The notes: generated from the sequence alone by a model not told the origin. Positions 22,769 to 36,335 are shown, counted from the first letter of the stretch. The stretch is DNA of 64,000 nt from an uncultured Methanobacteriaceae archaeon (GCA_963776515.1 CAVZMY010000002.1:182259-246258); one strand, 5' to 3'. Numbers and translations: made by a program.

Positions 22769-24124
22769 ATGGCATGTGAAATTCCTAAACTCTTTGGAAC
22801 ATCGGGCATCAGAGGGAAAATTGGTTCTGATATTACACTTGAGGTTGCAGTTAACGTTGGTATGGCAATTGCAACATATGCAGGTGGCAAAGGATGTAAA
22901 ATTGTCTTAGGCTATGATTCAAGAACATCAAACGTAATGATTGAAAATGCTGTTACTGCAGGAATATTACAGTGCGGTTGCACAGTTCTTAAAATGGGAA
23001 TGGCACCTACACCACTTGTTGGTTACGCAACAATGAAACTCAAAGCAGATGCCGGTGTAATGATTACAGCATCCCATAATCCACCAGAATATAATGGAAT
23101 AAAATTATGGAACACCGATGGAATGGCCTACAGACAGGACCAAGAAAGGGTTATCGAAGAGATTATCCACAATAAAAAATTCAAAACCGTATCATGGAAA
23201 GACATAGGGAAGATTGAAGAGGTAAAATATGTTGTCAAGGAATATATAGAAGACCTACTAAATCAATCCGATGTAAAGCCCGGTATTAAAGTTGTTGTTG
23301 ATTGTGCAAATGGCGCAGCATCCTATTTATCTCCAATAATACTCAGGAAGGCAGGTTGTTCAGTTTTAGCTATTAATTCACAACCTGATGGATTCTTCCC
23401 TGGAAGACTTCCTGAACCATCTGAAAAAAACTTACAAGAACTAATGAAAGTTGTTAAAGCTACAAAAGCAGATATTGGAATTGCACACGATGGTGACGCT
23501 GATAGGATGATAGCCATAGATGAAAATGGCCGTATGGCAGATTTCGATAAATTATTAGCATTGGTATCCCGTGAAATTGGGGGCAAAGTTGTTACAACAG
23601 TCGATGCATCTCTCTGTACAGATAAATGTATGGATGAGGTTGGTGGAATTGTCATAAGGACTAAAGTCGGAGATGTCCACGTTGCAGAATCAATTGAAGA
23701 ACATAACGCACTATTTGGTGGTGAACCTTCCGGAACATGGCTGCATCCAAATTTCTGCATGTGCCCAGATGGTATACTCTCTGCAATACGAGTTATTGAA
23801 TTAGTACAAAAATATGGCCCATTATCTAAACAGCTTGACGAAATACCTAGTTATCCTACCATAAGGGACAAGGTAAACTGTGAAGATCATCAAAAAGAAC
23901 TTATAATGAAGAGTGTTGAAGAAAAATTACATATTATTCTTGACGATGTGGTAGATGTAAATCGCATTGATGGTGTCAGAATTTCAATGCACGATGGAAG
24001 CTGGGTACTTATAAGGCCTTCGGGTACAGAATCCTACATCAGGATCACTTTAGAAGCAACCAGTATTGAAAAGGCCCAGATGATAAGGGACCAATGTGCA
24101 GAGTTCATCGAAGGATTACTTTAA
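22769..24124 (+). CDS. glmM: Phosphoglucosamine mutase / phosphohexomutase
   Basis: LFGTSGIRG, ITASHNP, HDGDADR, GGEPSG, IRPSGTE. Confidence 0.88.
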   Translation: MACEIPKLFGTSGIRGKIGSDITLEVAVNVGMAIATYAGGKGCKIVLGYDSRTSNVMIENAVTAGILQCGCTVLKMGMAPTPLVGYATMKLKADAGVMITASHNPPEYNGIKLWNTDGMAYRQDQERVIEEIIHNKKFKTVSWKDIGKIEEVKYVVKEYIEDLLNQSDVKPGIKVVVDCANGAASYLSPIILRKAGCSVLAINSQPDGFFPGRLPEPSEKNLQELMKVVKATKADIGIAHDGDADRMIAIDENGRMADFDKLLALVSREIGGKVVTTVDASLCTDKCMDEVGGIVIRTKVGDVHVAESIEEHNALFGGEPSGTWLHPNFCMCPDGILSAIRVIELVQKYGPLSKQLDEIPSYPTIRDKVNCEDHQKELIMKSVEEKLHIILDDVVDVNRIDGVRISMHDGSWVLIRPSGTESYIRITLEATSIEKAQMIRDQCAEFIEGLL

Positions 24125-24336
24125 ATTTATTATTTTTATCCAATTCATAAATCAAATATATTATTTTTTTTAACAAGTCCAAGTATTTTGACTATTATTA
24201 TTATTTTTACAACTCATATTTCTATTTAGAGTCAAAATTTATTAGAAGGATGGATACAACATTATACATATCTATTAGAAATTATGCTAACAGAATTAGA
24301 TTTATGGGGTAAAAGGGATTTTGAGAGGTATTTAAT

Positions 24337-25611
24337 ATGAAAGCAATTATACTGACTGCGGGTGAAGGAACAAGGATGAGACCACTGACCGTTACGAAAC
24401 CAAAAACAATGCTTCAAGTTGGGGGAAAACCAATTTTACAGTACAATGTTGAATCGCTTCGGGATGCGGGTATTAAAGATGTTACCTTGGTTGTTGGATA
24501 TCGTGAAGAAATTATTAAAGATCATTTCAGAAATGGTGCAGATTTCGGTGTTAATATAAATTATGTAACACAAAAAGAACGTCTTGGAACTGCACATGCA
24601 ATAGGATCAACAAGAGGTATTGTCGAAGGGAGTTTTATAATATTAAATGGTGACATTATTGTGGATCCCATATTAATCAAGGATCTTATAGATAAATATC
24701 AGACAGAAAATGCTAGATCCGTACTCGTATTAACAGAAGTTGATGATCCCTCTTCTTTTGGTGTTGTAGAACTTGATGAGGATAGAATAACCAATATAAT
24801 TGAAAAACCAGAACCCGGAGAAGCTCCAAGCAATCTAATAAATGCAGGGATTTATCTCTTTGATGACCAAATATTTGAAGCCATAGAAAAAACTGAAAAG
24901 TCACAGCGTGGTGAGTATGAAATAACCGACTCACTTCTAATTCAGATAAAAAATGGTGAGAAGGTTCTGGGTCTAAGATCAAAAAACAACTGGATAGATA
25001 TCGGAAGACCGTGGGAACTACTGGATGTGAACGAACATTTTTTAAAAGATTTAAAAACTGATATTCAAGGAGAATTAGAAGAAGGCGTTATAATACACGG
25101 ACCAGTTTTTATTGGGAAAAATACCATAGTCAGATCCGGCAGTTACATTATGGGACCGGTGTACATCGGAGAAAACTGTGACATAGGTCCAAACACATTA
25201 TTAAGAAAATATACGAGTATGGGCAATAATGTTAGTGCGGGAAATGCAGTTGAAATTAAAAATTCTATAATAATGGACCATACTAACATCAATCACCTTA
25301 CCTATGTTGGAGATTCAATAATTGGATCTAAATGTAATATTGCTGCTGGAACTAACATTGCAAATCTTAGATTTGACGATGGAAACGTGAAAATTAGAGT
25401 TAAAGGCGATAAAATAGATTCAGGACGTCGCAAGATGGGAGTTGTCTTTGGTGACGGAGTAAAAACTGGTATAAACTGTAGTTTCAATCCAGGAGTTAAA
25501 ATTGGAATTAACTCAAGAATTGGAGCAGGAGCAATTGTTAGCAAAGATCTGGAGTCAAACAAGGTTTTACTACCTATCCAAAAACATCACATTATTGAAA
25601 ATAAAAGATAA
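24337..25611 (+). CDS. glmU: Bifunctional sugar-1-phosphate nucleotidylyltransferase/acetyltransferase
   Basis: ILTAGEGTRMRPLT..KPK, RGEYEITD, hexapeptide repeats, GTNIANLRFD. Confidence 0.9.
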   Translation: MKAIILTAGEGTRMRPLTVTKPKTMLQVGGKPILQYNVESLRDAGIKDVTLVVGYREEIIKDHFRNGADFGVNINYVTQKERLGTAHAIGSTRGIVEGSFIILNGDIIVDPILIKDLIDKYQTENARSVLVLTEVDDPSSFGVVELDEDRITNIIEKPEPGEAPSNLINAGIYLFDDQIFEAIEKTEKSQRGEYEITDSLLIQIKNGEKVLGLRSKNNWIDIGRPWELLDVNEHFLKDLKTDIQGELEEGVIIHGPVFIGKNTIVRSGSYIMGPVYIGENCDIGPNTLLRKYTSMGNNVSAGNAVEIKNSIIMDHTNINHLTYVGDSIIGSKCNIAAGTNIANLRFDDGNVKIRVKGDKIDSGRRKMGVVFGDGVKTGINCSFNPGVKIGINSRIGAGAIVSKDLESNKVLLPIQKHHIIENKR

Positions 25612-25675
25612 GTCCATCCAATATTATCGAAGTATTGGTAATTAAATGATTATATGATTCAAATAGGAAGATAAA

Positions 25676-26158
25676 ATGATCAAAGAAAGCGTTGTTGTAT
25701 TTAAAGGTGCAATTATAGATGGTAAGGTTAAAATCAATGATAAATCATCAGTATGGTTTAACGCCGTATTAAGAGGAGATATTGAACCATTAACGATTGG
25801 TAAATTTTCTAATGTCCAAGATAATTGTGTTCTACACTCATCAAAAGGTTATCCTCTTAACATCGGTAATTATGTGTCTGTTGGACATGCAGCTGTTCTT
25901 CACGGTTGCAAAATCGAAGACAATTGTATAATTGGGATGAATGCAACTGTACTTAATGGTGCTGTTATAAAGAAAAATAGCATAGTTGGTGCTGGAGCAG
26001 TAGTAACAGAGGGACATGAATTTCCCGAAAATAGTTTAATACTAGGAGTCCCAGCAAAAGCTATTAGAACACTTCAAGAAGATGAAATTAAGACTATAAA
26101 AGACAATGCAATTACATACGTCGAAATGGCAAAGACCAAGAGTGAATTAAATGATTAA
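25676..26158 (+). CDS. Gamma carbonic anhydrase family protein
   Basis: VWFNAVLRGD, SNVQDNCVLH, VGHAAVLHGC. Confidence 0.92.
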   Translation: MIKESVVVFKGAIIDGKVKINDKSSVWFNAVLRGDIEPLTIGKFSNVQDNCVLHSSKGYPLNIGNYVSVGHAAVLHGCKIEDNCIIGMNATVLNGAVIKKNSIVGAGAVVTEGHEFPENSLILGVPAKAIRTLQEDEIKTIKDNAITYVEMAKTKSELND

Positions 26159-27251
26159 CCCTAGTAAAGTTGTGAAAAAACTTGATCCCTATGTTCCAGG
26201 TAGATCTATCGAGGAAATAGCTACTAATTATGATCTAAATCCAAAAAAAATAATAAAACTTGGCTCAAATGAGAATCCGATTGGACCATCACCAATGGCA
26301 ATTGAAGCTATAAAAAAGAATCTTAAACTGATAAGCCAATATCCAGAAACAAATTTAGATAGTCTAATTAAAAGTGTTGCATCTTATTCTGGTGTTTCCC
26401 CATCAAATGTTATTTTAGGCGGTGACGGTGCAGACGAAATACTAGATGTGCTTGGAAAAGCTTTTATAGAACCCGGAGATGAATTCATAGTTCCTATTCC
26501 AGGTTACATGTACTATGAGTACACGCTCACAATTCAAGATGCTGTTCCTGTCTATGCTAATTGGGATGTACCATCTAACACCTTAGATGTTAACTCAGTC
26601 ATCAATGCCATAAGCACTAAAACAAAGCTCATATTTTTATGCACACCAAACAACCCCACAGGCGGGTTAATAAGTAAAGAAGATATCAAAAAGGTGCTCG
26701 AAAGTACAGATGCAGTTGTAGTTGTTGATGAAGCATATTATGAATTTTCAGAAGTTAACAATGTTGATCTTTTAGATGAATACAAAAACTTGTTCATACT
26801 CAGAACATTTTCAAAGGTATTAGGACTTGCTGGTATGAGAATAGGTTATGGATTATCAAATCCAGAGATTATTGAATATATGTACCGTGTTAAACCAGTT
26901 TTTAGCTTAACCAAACTCTCAGAAGTAGCAGCATCAGCCACACTAAAAGATCAGGAATATATTAAAAAATCAACGGATTTAAGTATCCGTAGCAGAGAAT
27001 TTTTATACAAATCTATGTCAAAATTCAAGAATCTAAAAGTTTATGAATCAAAAGCTAATTATATGCTGGTTGATATTCGAGAAACAGGATTTAAAGCCAA
27101 GGATTTAAGTGAAAAACTCATGAAAAAGGGAGTAATAGTTAGGGACTGTACTTCTTTTAAAGGACTCGATGAATACTGGATAAGGGTCAGCGTTGGAACA
27201 CTTGAAGAAGATAAAGAATTTATTAAAATTCTTAACGAAATAATCGGATAA
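26151..27251 (+). CDS. hisC: Histidinol-phosphate aminotransferase
   Basis: KLGSNENP, PNNPTG, VDEAY, RTFSK..GLAGMRIGY. Confidence 0.92.
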   Translation: MINPSKVVKKLDPYVPGRSIEEIATNYDLNPKKIIKLGSNENPIGPSPMAIEAIKKNLKLISQYPETNLDSLIKSVASYSGVSPSNVILGGDGADEILDVLGKAFIEPGDEFIVPIPGYMYYEYTLTIQDAVPVYANWDVPSNTLDVNSVINAISTKTKLIFLCTPNNPTGGLISKEDIKKVLESTDAVVVVDEAYYEFSEVNNVDLLDEYKNLFILRTFSKVLGLAGMRIGYGLSNPEIIEYMYRVKPVFSLTKLSEVAASATLKDQEYIKKSTDLSIRSREFLYKSMSKFKNLKVYESKANYMLVDIRETGFKAKDLSEKLMKKGVIVRDCTSFKGLDEYWIRVSVGTLEEDKEFIKILNEIIG

Positions 27252-27282
27252 AAAAATAAGTCAAACAAACCAGGACAACTAT

Positions 27283-28016
27283 ATGACCTCAGTAAATCTT
27301 AAAAAAGATGCAGATACAATTGAAATAGGTGGAATGCTTGTTTCAACAATTGAGTTTCCGGGTAAAATCTCACTTGTTATTTTCACATCTGGATGCATGT
27401 TAAGATGCCCATACTGTCATAATCCGGGTTTAGTTGAAGGTGGAAATAAAAGAAATATCGAAGAAATTTACAGTAAAATAGATGATTCATACGATTTTAT
27501 TGATAGTGTCGTTTTAACAGGTGGAGAACCTCTGATTCAAAAAGATAAAGTTGCTAAAATTTTAAGATATTGTAAAACATTAGGACTAAGTATAAATTCG
27601 ATACCAATGGATATTATCCTGAAAGATTAGAAGATTTATTGGATCTTGTGGATTATGTTGCACTCGACGTTAAAGCCCCATTTAATAAATACAAGAAATT
27701 AATAGGTTATGATATAGGTGAAAATGTAAGAAAAAGTATTCAAGTATGTTTAAAATCTAATGTTTATTTAGAATGTAGAACAACTTACATTCCTGGGATT
27801 TTGGTTCCAGAGGATATTGTGGAAATAGCAAAAAATATTGAATGCGATGTTTACACAATCCAACAGTTCAAAAACAAGACTGTACTGGATGAAAAACTCA
27901 AAGAAACTCCAAGTCCTTCTAGAATGGAACTTTTAAATATTGCAGAATCAATTAAACCTTATCAAAACAATATAAAAATAAAAACCTCAGAATTTGGGGA
28001 TGAAAAAATAAAATAA
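27283..28016 (+). CDS. Anaerobic ribonucleoside-triphosphate reductase activating protein, radical SAM (frameshift near 27595)
   Basis: GCMLRCPYCHNP, TGGEP, DTNG in the second frame, VALDVKAP, ECRTT. Confidence 0.85.
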
Positions 28017-28073
28017 ATATTTCAATGAAATATTAAGATAATAAATTTTATTTAAATCTAAGGGAGGGTTCCT

Positions 28074-29207
28074 ATACCAATTTTACTCTTTGGAAGCCGT
28101 CACGTTGAACTTATAACCGGTAAAAAAACAGCCACTATCAGAAAGCTCTGGAAAAAACCATTATCTCCAGGTGATAGATTACATTGTTACTGGAATCTAG
28201 TTTCAAAGGAGCGGAAAAAGCTTTTTGAAGCCAAAGTTACCGATGTAGAGGTTGTTAAGTTTGGAGATCTGATAAAAAATGATTCTCTAGCACGTGAAGA
28301 AGGATATACAAATGCAAAAGAGCTTGAATCCGATTTCAAAAAGATATATCCCGATGATACATCAGATTCATCTTTATTTCAAGTTATAAGATTTAAAAAG
28401 TTACCAATTGAAGATTGGGAAGGTAAAAAGATAGATGAAAAATCTATGATAACAAAACGAGCAGATATTCTTTTTGACGTTGGTAAATTTAATAAATCTG
28501 TTGTTTGTTATAGTGCAGCACTAAAATTCGATCCAAACGATGTTTATCTCCTAAATAAAAAGGGTGATAACCTGTCACGTCTAGGGAAGTTTGAAGAAGC
28601 AATTGAATGTTATGATAAGGCCATTAAACTCGATAATCAAAATGAATATATCTATAATAACAAAGCAATAGCCCTTCTTAACTCAAACCAACCACAAAAA
28701 GCACTTAAATGTAGTGATAAAGCTATGGAAATCAATGACCAGAATGAATTTGTTCTTTATTGGAGTGGTTTTATCATGGAAATGCTTGGAAAGTTTGATT
28801 CCGCCCTCGAATGTTATGATAAGATTTTAGAAGTAAATCCCGAAGATCCAGATGTATGGAATGCCAAGGGGAATATACTCTCAGAACTTGAAAGAACAGA
28901 AGAAGCTCTTTTTTGTTATGAAAAAGCTCTAGAACTCTGTCTTGAAGAACCTCCAGATGCAGCAATGTGGAATCGTAAAGGAAATGCATTAATGGAACTT
29001 GGAAGATTTGAAGAAGCTCTTAATTGTTATGATGAAGCATTATCTATGGAAAATGAAAATGATGCATTTATATGTAATAAAGGAGTTGCTTTTTTAGAGT
29101 TAGGCAGTTATAATAATGCAATTGAATGTTTTAGAAAGGCTCTTGTTATAAATCCTTCTAATGAAGATGCTAGAATACTCAAAGATGAATGTTTAGAGAA
29201 CCTATAA
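28074..29207 (+). CDS. ASCH domain - TPR repeat fusion protein (frame open from ATA 28074)
   Basis: 124 stop-free codons upstream of ATG 28446 encode GKKTATIR...AREEG...IYP...IRF (ASCH); then about 7 TPR motifs. Confidence 0.85.
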   Translation: MPILLFGSRHVELITGKKTATIRKLWKKPLSPGDRLHCYWNLVSKERKKLFEAKVTDVEVVKFGDLIKNDSLAREEGYTNAKELESDFKKIYPDDTSDSSLFQVIRFKKLPIEDWEGKKIDEKSMITKRADILFDVGKFNKSVVCYSAALKFDPNDVYLLNKKGDNLSRLGKFEEAIECYDKAIKLDNQNEYIYNNKAIALLNSNQPQKALKCSDKAMEINDQNEFVLYWSGFIMEMLGKFDSALECYDKILEVNPEDPDVWNAKGNILSELERTEEALFCYEKALELCLEEPPDAAMWNRKGNALMELGRFEEALNCYDEALSMENENDAFICNKGVAFLELGSYNNAIECFRKALVINPSNEDARILKDECLENL

Positions 29208-29295
29208 TAAGGTTAATAGTTACAGTATTTAAATAATCATGAATTTCGAGATAATAAAGTTAATAATAACCTTGTAAACTTATAATTTGGGATTA

Positions 29296-29948
29296 ATGAT
29301 GTTGGAAAGATTGGAAAAGGCTCGTGATTGGTTTTTGAATCAATAAATCCGGTTAAATTGGCAAGTAATCGTTATAGGCATAGTTCTTATTTTAATAATC
29401 TTTTTGATGTTAAGTCTAGTTTTACCAAATGATGCTCCTTTAACAGGTGATGCTCTTACTAAATATAAAGCTTCATGTACTGTTATTAGTTTTCAAGATT
29501 TAAACAGTAATTTAAATAATTATACAGGCCAACATTTCAAATTCACCGGCCAAATAGTCCAAATAAATCAAAATAACGGTGCCACAAATATTGTTCTTGC
29601 AGTTACACCAGTAAATGGCGGATGGTCACCCACTGATCTGATATATGTTAGTTACAATACCAAAACAACGTTTAAAGTCGGAGATATAATTAATGTTTAT
29701 GGTGATGTTTCAGGAACTTATAATTACATATCAGCCACATTGGTGAGTTAAAGATTCCAAAAATCACTGCAAGATATATTGAATTAACACCCCTTACAGG
29801 GACATTAATTGTTCCAGTTCCATTTACAACCTTAGCAACAAACAATTCAAATAACACAACAAACTCATCAGGATCTGGAGCGGTTACTCCGACAACACCA
29901 ACTGCACCAACTAATAATAGCAGTCAACATTCCACAAAACCCGTTTAA
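29296..29948 (+). CDS. Membrane-anchored surface protein, possible OB-fold, Thr/Ser/Asn-rich tail (frameshifts near 29340 and 29745)
   Basis: N-terminal TM helix; Y.G...KFTGQIVQI...GD.I.VYG pattern; low-complexity tail ending at TAA 29946. Confidence 0.6.
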
Positions 29949-29997
29949 ATGACATTGGAGTTATAAGTTTAGATAGAATTAAAATTGGTGTAAATCT

Positions 29998-30312
29998 ATG
30001 GATGATTTTGGATACACAATCAAACAGAACAAAGTTAAATTTGTTTACTCCGGACCAGCTGAAAAAGATGTTCGTGTTTTTGGAAATTTTATGGGATGGT
30101 CAGAAAATGATTCAGAATGGAAAATGCATTATAATCCTGAAAGTGAAAATTGGGAGTTAGAAGTTTTGATAAGTAAGATTAAAAGTGAGGATACTGGCAA
30201 TTTTTATGAGTTCACCTTTATAGTTGATGGCAATTGGATAGATGCTAATAAAAATGCCCCAAATATTAATTTTTGTCCAGGTTATGGTTACAGATATTTA
30301 TTGAACATCTAA
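29998..30312 (+). CDS. Standalone CBM48/AMPK-beta-like glycogen-binding domain protein
   Basis: VKFVY...V.VFGNF.GW ... W ... YEF.FIVDGNW.D pattern. Confidence 0.75.
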   Translation: MDDFGYTIKQNKVKFVYSGPAEKDVRVFGNFMGWSENDSEWKMHYNPESENWELEVLISKIKSEDTGNFYEFTFIVDGNWIDANKNAPNINFCPGYGYRYLLNI

Positions 30313-30350
30313 ATGGATTTCTTAGAATTAAATATTATTGGTAAGATATC

Positions 30351-31514
30351 TTATATAATTAAAAACCCATCGGGTGCCAAGGATGTTGCAAGCATAACCG
30401 TGTTTATATCTCTGTGTTCTATCCAGTTTCTTGTTTTCCTGTTGTTTTCATCCAACCAAAATTTTTCTATGGTCTTTCCAAGATTGCTATATTCATTCAG
30501 CTCATTTAATGTGTTTTCTATAGATTTTCTTGAAAATTTAGGGTTTTTTCTGATTAAATCTTTAATTGTTACCAGTCCTTTAATACCAATTGAAAGACCT
30601 AATTCTCTAAATGCTAGACGGTAATTTGCGGATAATCCCATAGGATTGTCTGAAATGTAAGATCTGAGTCCAATAAGGGATGAATCTAAAACTTTTTCAA
30701 GTATTTCAAATATGTTATATCCCCGATTTATTAGCTGAATTATTCTGGTAGCATCAACTAAAAGTCCCCCTAAACCCAATGGATCATCTGTTACTAAAGA
30801 CATGCCGATACATATATCTTTCATGTCTTTAATCTCATAGCTAAGAGGTTTTTCAGTCTGTTCTATCAAATTTAAATCTTTCATTCCACTTTGTATTTCA
30901 TTATATGTAATATATCCATCTAGTGGATCATGCTGTCCCATTGACGGTACTAATGGACGATTTAGATCTATGCTCATTTTCCAGTACATTCTTTTCGTAT
31001 TCCTTGTTCTGGCAAATAAGTAAAGTGTTTGTGTGCTGTTCTCGCAAGTTCCATGGCCCATTTAATGTATATATTATCACCTGTAACCCTCGAAGTGTTG
31101 TTTAAGGCATGCATCCATTTGGTGAGGTAATGATAGTATTGTCCATCTCTATCCCATTCAAGACGATCATTGAATGGTTCGTCTGGACTGCGTTCGTTTA
31201 ATTCTTTACCTATACGTAGTCCACCTTGTGTTGGATGATTTTCACCTTCTTCTACATCCAAACCACTTATCCAACTACTTTTTCTATTTTCAGTACGATA
31301 TTTTCCAAGTACGTGATGAACTTGATAAATAAGTCTCAGTGCAAGATTTAAATATTTTTTTTTATTAGTACGATTGTAAAGTTCTAGAAAGTTGCAAACT
31401 GCAAATGCATCGGTCCATAAATATCGTTTAGGGTGATTAACTTTCAGGTTCGAGTCCCGTATTGCTTGCATATTCCGTCATTAAATCCTTTAATATTGTT
31501 GTTGAATTTTTCAT
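30351..31514 (-). CDS. Conserved hypothetical protein (frameshifts near 31445 and 30990)
   Basis: RYLWTDAFAVCNFL, EWDRDGQYYHYLTKWMHAL, RMYWKMSIDL.RPLV.SMGQHDPLDG, YRLAFRELG, W.EH.DIN.VMLATSL. Confidence 0.75.
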
Positions 31515-31618
31515 TTTTTTAACTTTTGTATATTAACAAACATTGTTGATATTATTTATGTCATCAAAAATTTATATTTCTATCGAGATTTTTTTTACAA
31601 ATTACATTTAAAACAGAA

Positions 31619-31646
31619 AAGTATATAAGCATATACTTATATACTT
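31619..31646. promoter_or_regulatory. Perfect inverted repeat; probable ArsR/SmtB-type operator overlapping the arsR-lon promoter
   Basis: AAGTATATAAG-CATATA-CTTATATACTT, ending 7 nt before the arsR ATG. Confidence 0.7.
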
Positions 31647-31653
31647 ATGAAAC

Positions 31654-32001
31654 ATGATGTTGGGGATGAATTCTGAACATGGCGAAGATGATCTTTCAGA
31701 AGAATTGGAAGAGTTATTCAAGGCTCTAGGCAATATTAACAGACTGATATTGATCTACAACCTCGCATCTGGTGAAAAGGAAAAATTTAGCGTTACTGAA
31801 ATGGCAAAAATGATGGGTTGTACACAACCAGCAGCATCACAACATCTTAAAGTATTAAAAACTGTGAAGATCCTCAATGCAAAAAAGCAAGGCAATTACA
31901 TCTATTACACCTTTAACCAGAACGCCTTATTAAAACACAAAGAAAAGATTGATTTTTTATTTAGATGTGTTTTATCAAAATGCAAAAAATTAGAAGAATA
32001 A
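31654..32001 (+). CDS. ArsR/SmtB family winged-HTH regulator
   Basis: FKALG...RL.LI, SVTEMA...[13 protein letters not shown]...KKQGNYIYY. Confidence 0.92.
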   Translation: MMLGMNSEHGEDDLSEELEELFKALGNINRLILIYNLASGEKEKFSVTEMAKMMGCTQPAASQHLKVLKTVKILNAKKQGNYIYYTFNQNALLKHKEKIDFLFRCVLSKCKKLEE

Positions 32002-32058
32002 AATTCAAATGGCCAATATCAAGGCCTAATAATCAAATTTACCTTCCCGAGTGATACC

Positions 32059-34437
<2,379 letters not shown>

Positions 34438-34455
34438 TCTAAAAAATAAGTGACA

Positions 34456-34500
34456 AATACTTTCCATTATTAATTTGATGGAAGTATTATTTTTTTATTT
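34456..34500 (+). terminator. Hairpin + T tract after lon
   Basis: AATACTTTCCATTA-loop-TGATGGAAGTATT followed by a T-rich run, between convergent genes. Confidence 0.55.
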
Positions 34501-34521
34501 ATTTAAATTAATATATTTTTT

Positions 34522-35082
34522 TTAATTTTTACTAATATCATATGCAAGATCGACAAGCTTATTAACCGTTCTCCAATTTCTTGTTGTTGCCGATGTGCCT
34601 AATTTCTTTTCGAAAAAATTATTATTTAATTTAGTTCTTCCGTAACCATTTGTTAAGAATAGATAAATTTCTTTTTTTGTAATATAATATTTGTCAGTAT
34701 TATCTACCATATCCTCAACAATATTATTCAAATCCTTAATCAACTTTTCAGAGGGAATATTAGACAGGAATGTTACATAAATATGGTTAAAATCCTCTTG
34801 TTTGTATGGATTCCCATTTATCACATTATCCATCTCTTTTTTTGTTCTTATCAAAACTTTTACATCAAAAGCAAATATTTCATTTATTTTGTTTTCAATT
34901 ATTTTACTCAATTTTAATTGATCAGATTCTTTACTCTTAAATATAACATTTCCACTTTGTATGTAAGTCTTTACATCTTTAAAATCCAAAGATATGTAAA
35001 GTTTCTTCAATCTATCCATCTTAACCTTTTTTCCACCCACATTTATTCCACGAATCATTGAAACATAGGTTATCATAGTCAT
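34522..35082 (-). CDS. DUF1697 family protein
   Basis: RGINVGG, VKTYIQSGNVIF, ATTRNWRTV. Confidence 0.92.
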   Translation of the reverse strand: MTMITYVSMIRGINVGGKKVKMDRLKKLYISLDFKDVKTYIQSGNVIFKSKESDQLKLSKIIENKINEIFAFDVKVLIRTKKEMDNVINGNPYKQEDFNHIYVTFLSNIPSEKLIKDLNNIVEDMVDNTDKYYITKKEIYLFLTNGYGRTKLNNNFFEKKLGTSATTRNWRTVNKLVDLAYDISKN

Positions 35083-35152
35083 TATTATTTAAGGAATATA
35101 GTAAAAAATTTTCCTTCTAAAAACCAAATATTAATTGGTGATTATATTGGAT

Positions 35153-35545
35153 ATGGAAAAAACTCATATAATAAAACAAAAGGCAATTATCCCTGCCACT
35201 CCTGAAGAAGTCTATGAAGCCTTCACTAACTCAAAAATATATACTGAGTTTACAGGAGACAAATTTATAGGCGTAAGTAAGGTTGGAGAAAAATTTACTG
35301 TTTATGACATAGAAGGAAAATTTTTGGAATTAGAAAAAGGTAAAAGAATTGTTGAAGAATGGGCAAACTCAAGCTGGCCAAAAGGATATGCACCTTCAAA
35401 AGTTGAATTAACCTTCAGAGGAGTATCTGAAGGTACTGAAGTAACTTTAGTCCAATCTAATCTTCCACTGGAAGTAAAGAAGGAATATCTGTTGGAAGGA
35501 TGGACAGAATATTTCTGGAACAGACTAAAAAGATACTTCAGTTAA
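35153..35545 (+). CDS. SRPBCC / Aha1-like (Hsp90 activator homolog) domain protein
   Basis: ATPEEVYEAFT, RIVEEW...WP, GTEVTLVQ, EGWTEYFW. Confidence 0.85.
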   Translation: MEKTHIIKQKAIIPATPEEVYEAFTNSKIYTEFTGDKFIGVSKVGEKFTVYDIEGKFLELEKGKRIVEEWANSSWPKGYAPSKVELTFRGVSEGTEVTLVQSNLPLEVKKEYLLEGWTEYFWNRLKRYFS

Positions 35546-35918
35546 GAAACATGTTGCTTTATTTCAGAGATGGTAAAGGATGATTCCAAAAATGAAAATG
35601 AACCAACTTGGAAAGAAGGAGAGAACTAATTATATTAAACCTTCTTAAATCATTCCCATTAAATATAATCGGTTACTCTTCCAAAGAAAAGGCATGGGAA
35701 CATGTGGTGGGGTGTCAAGTAATGATTTTAGCCCGAACACTTGGAATCTAAGATTATCAGTGGCATATTTTTTGGTATAGGAAATAGTGGATAGGAACAA
35801 CGGCGGATACAATTTACGCAAGCATTTTCAAACTGGTTACCTTGCAAGTATACAAAATTAATAATATACTAATAAAGCTGGAAAAGATAATTTAAAAGTT
35901 CTAAAAAATAATTAAGGT

Positions 35919-36335
35919 TTATTCTGGTTTTAAGACTTCAAAGAACAATTTTTTAAATTCATCTAAGAGTCCTTTTGGGAAGGTTAATCCTACACAGATA
36001 ACAAGTACACCAGTACCTAAAACTGCATCTTCATTGTTGGATCTTCAATGAGTTCTTCATCATAAACCAGTTTTACATTAACTTTTTTTTGAAGGAAATT
36101 CCAGAGTGTGTCATTTTCATGTTCTGTACCGTTGATATCTATGATGTTTCGTAGGGCTAACAGTAGAAATTTCTTCCATTCCTTAAAGTCGCAGAATTCT
36201 ATCCACACAGATCCTTTGTAATCAATGCAGGAGTTGCATGTTTCTATTTCCCAGTGAAAAAAGTTTTTAACAATATCTTCCATTCCCTTATCAACCATTA
36301 TAATAAGAATCTTTTAATATTTCACTTAATTTCAT
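35919..36335 (-). CDS. Hypothetical protein (frameshifted or degraded)
   Basis: Core ORF 36017-36298 with plausible continuations in other frames at both ends. Confidence 0.45.
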
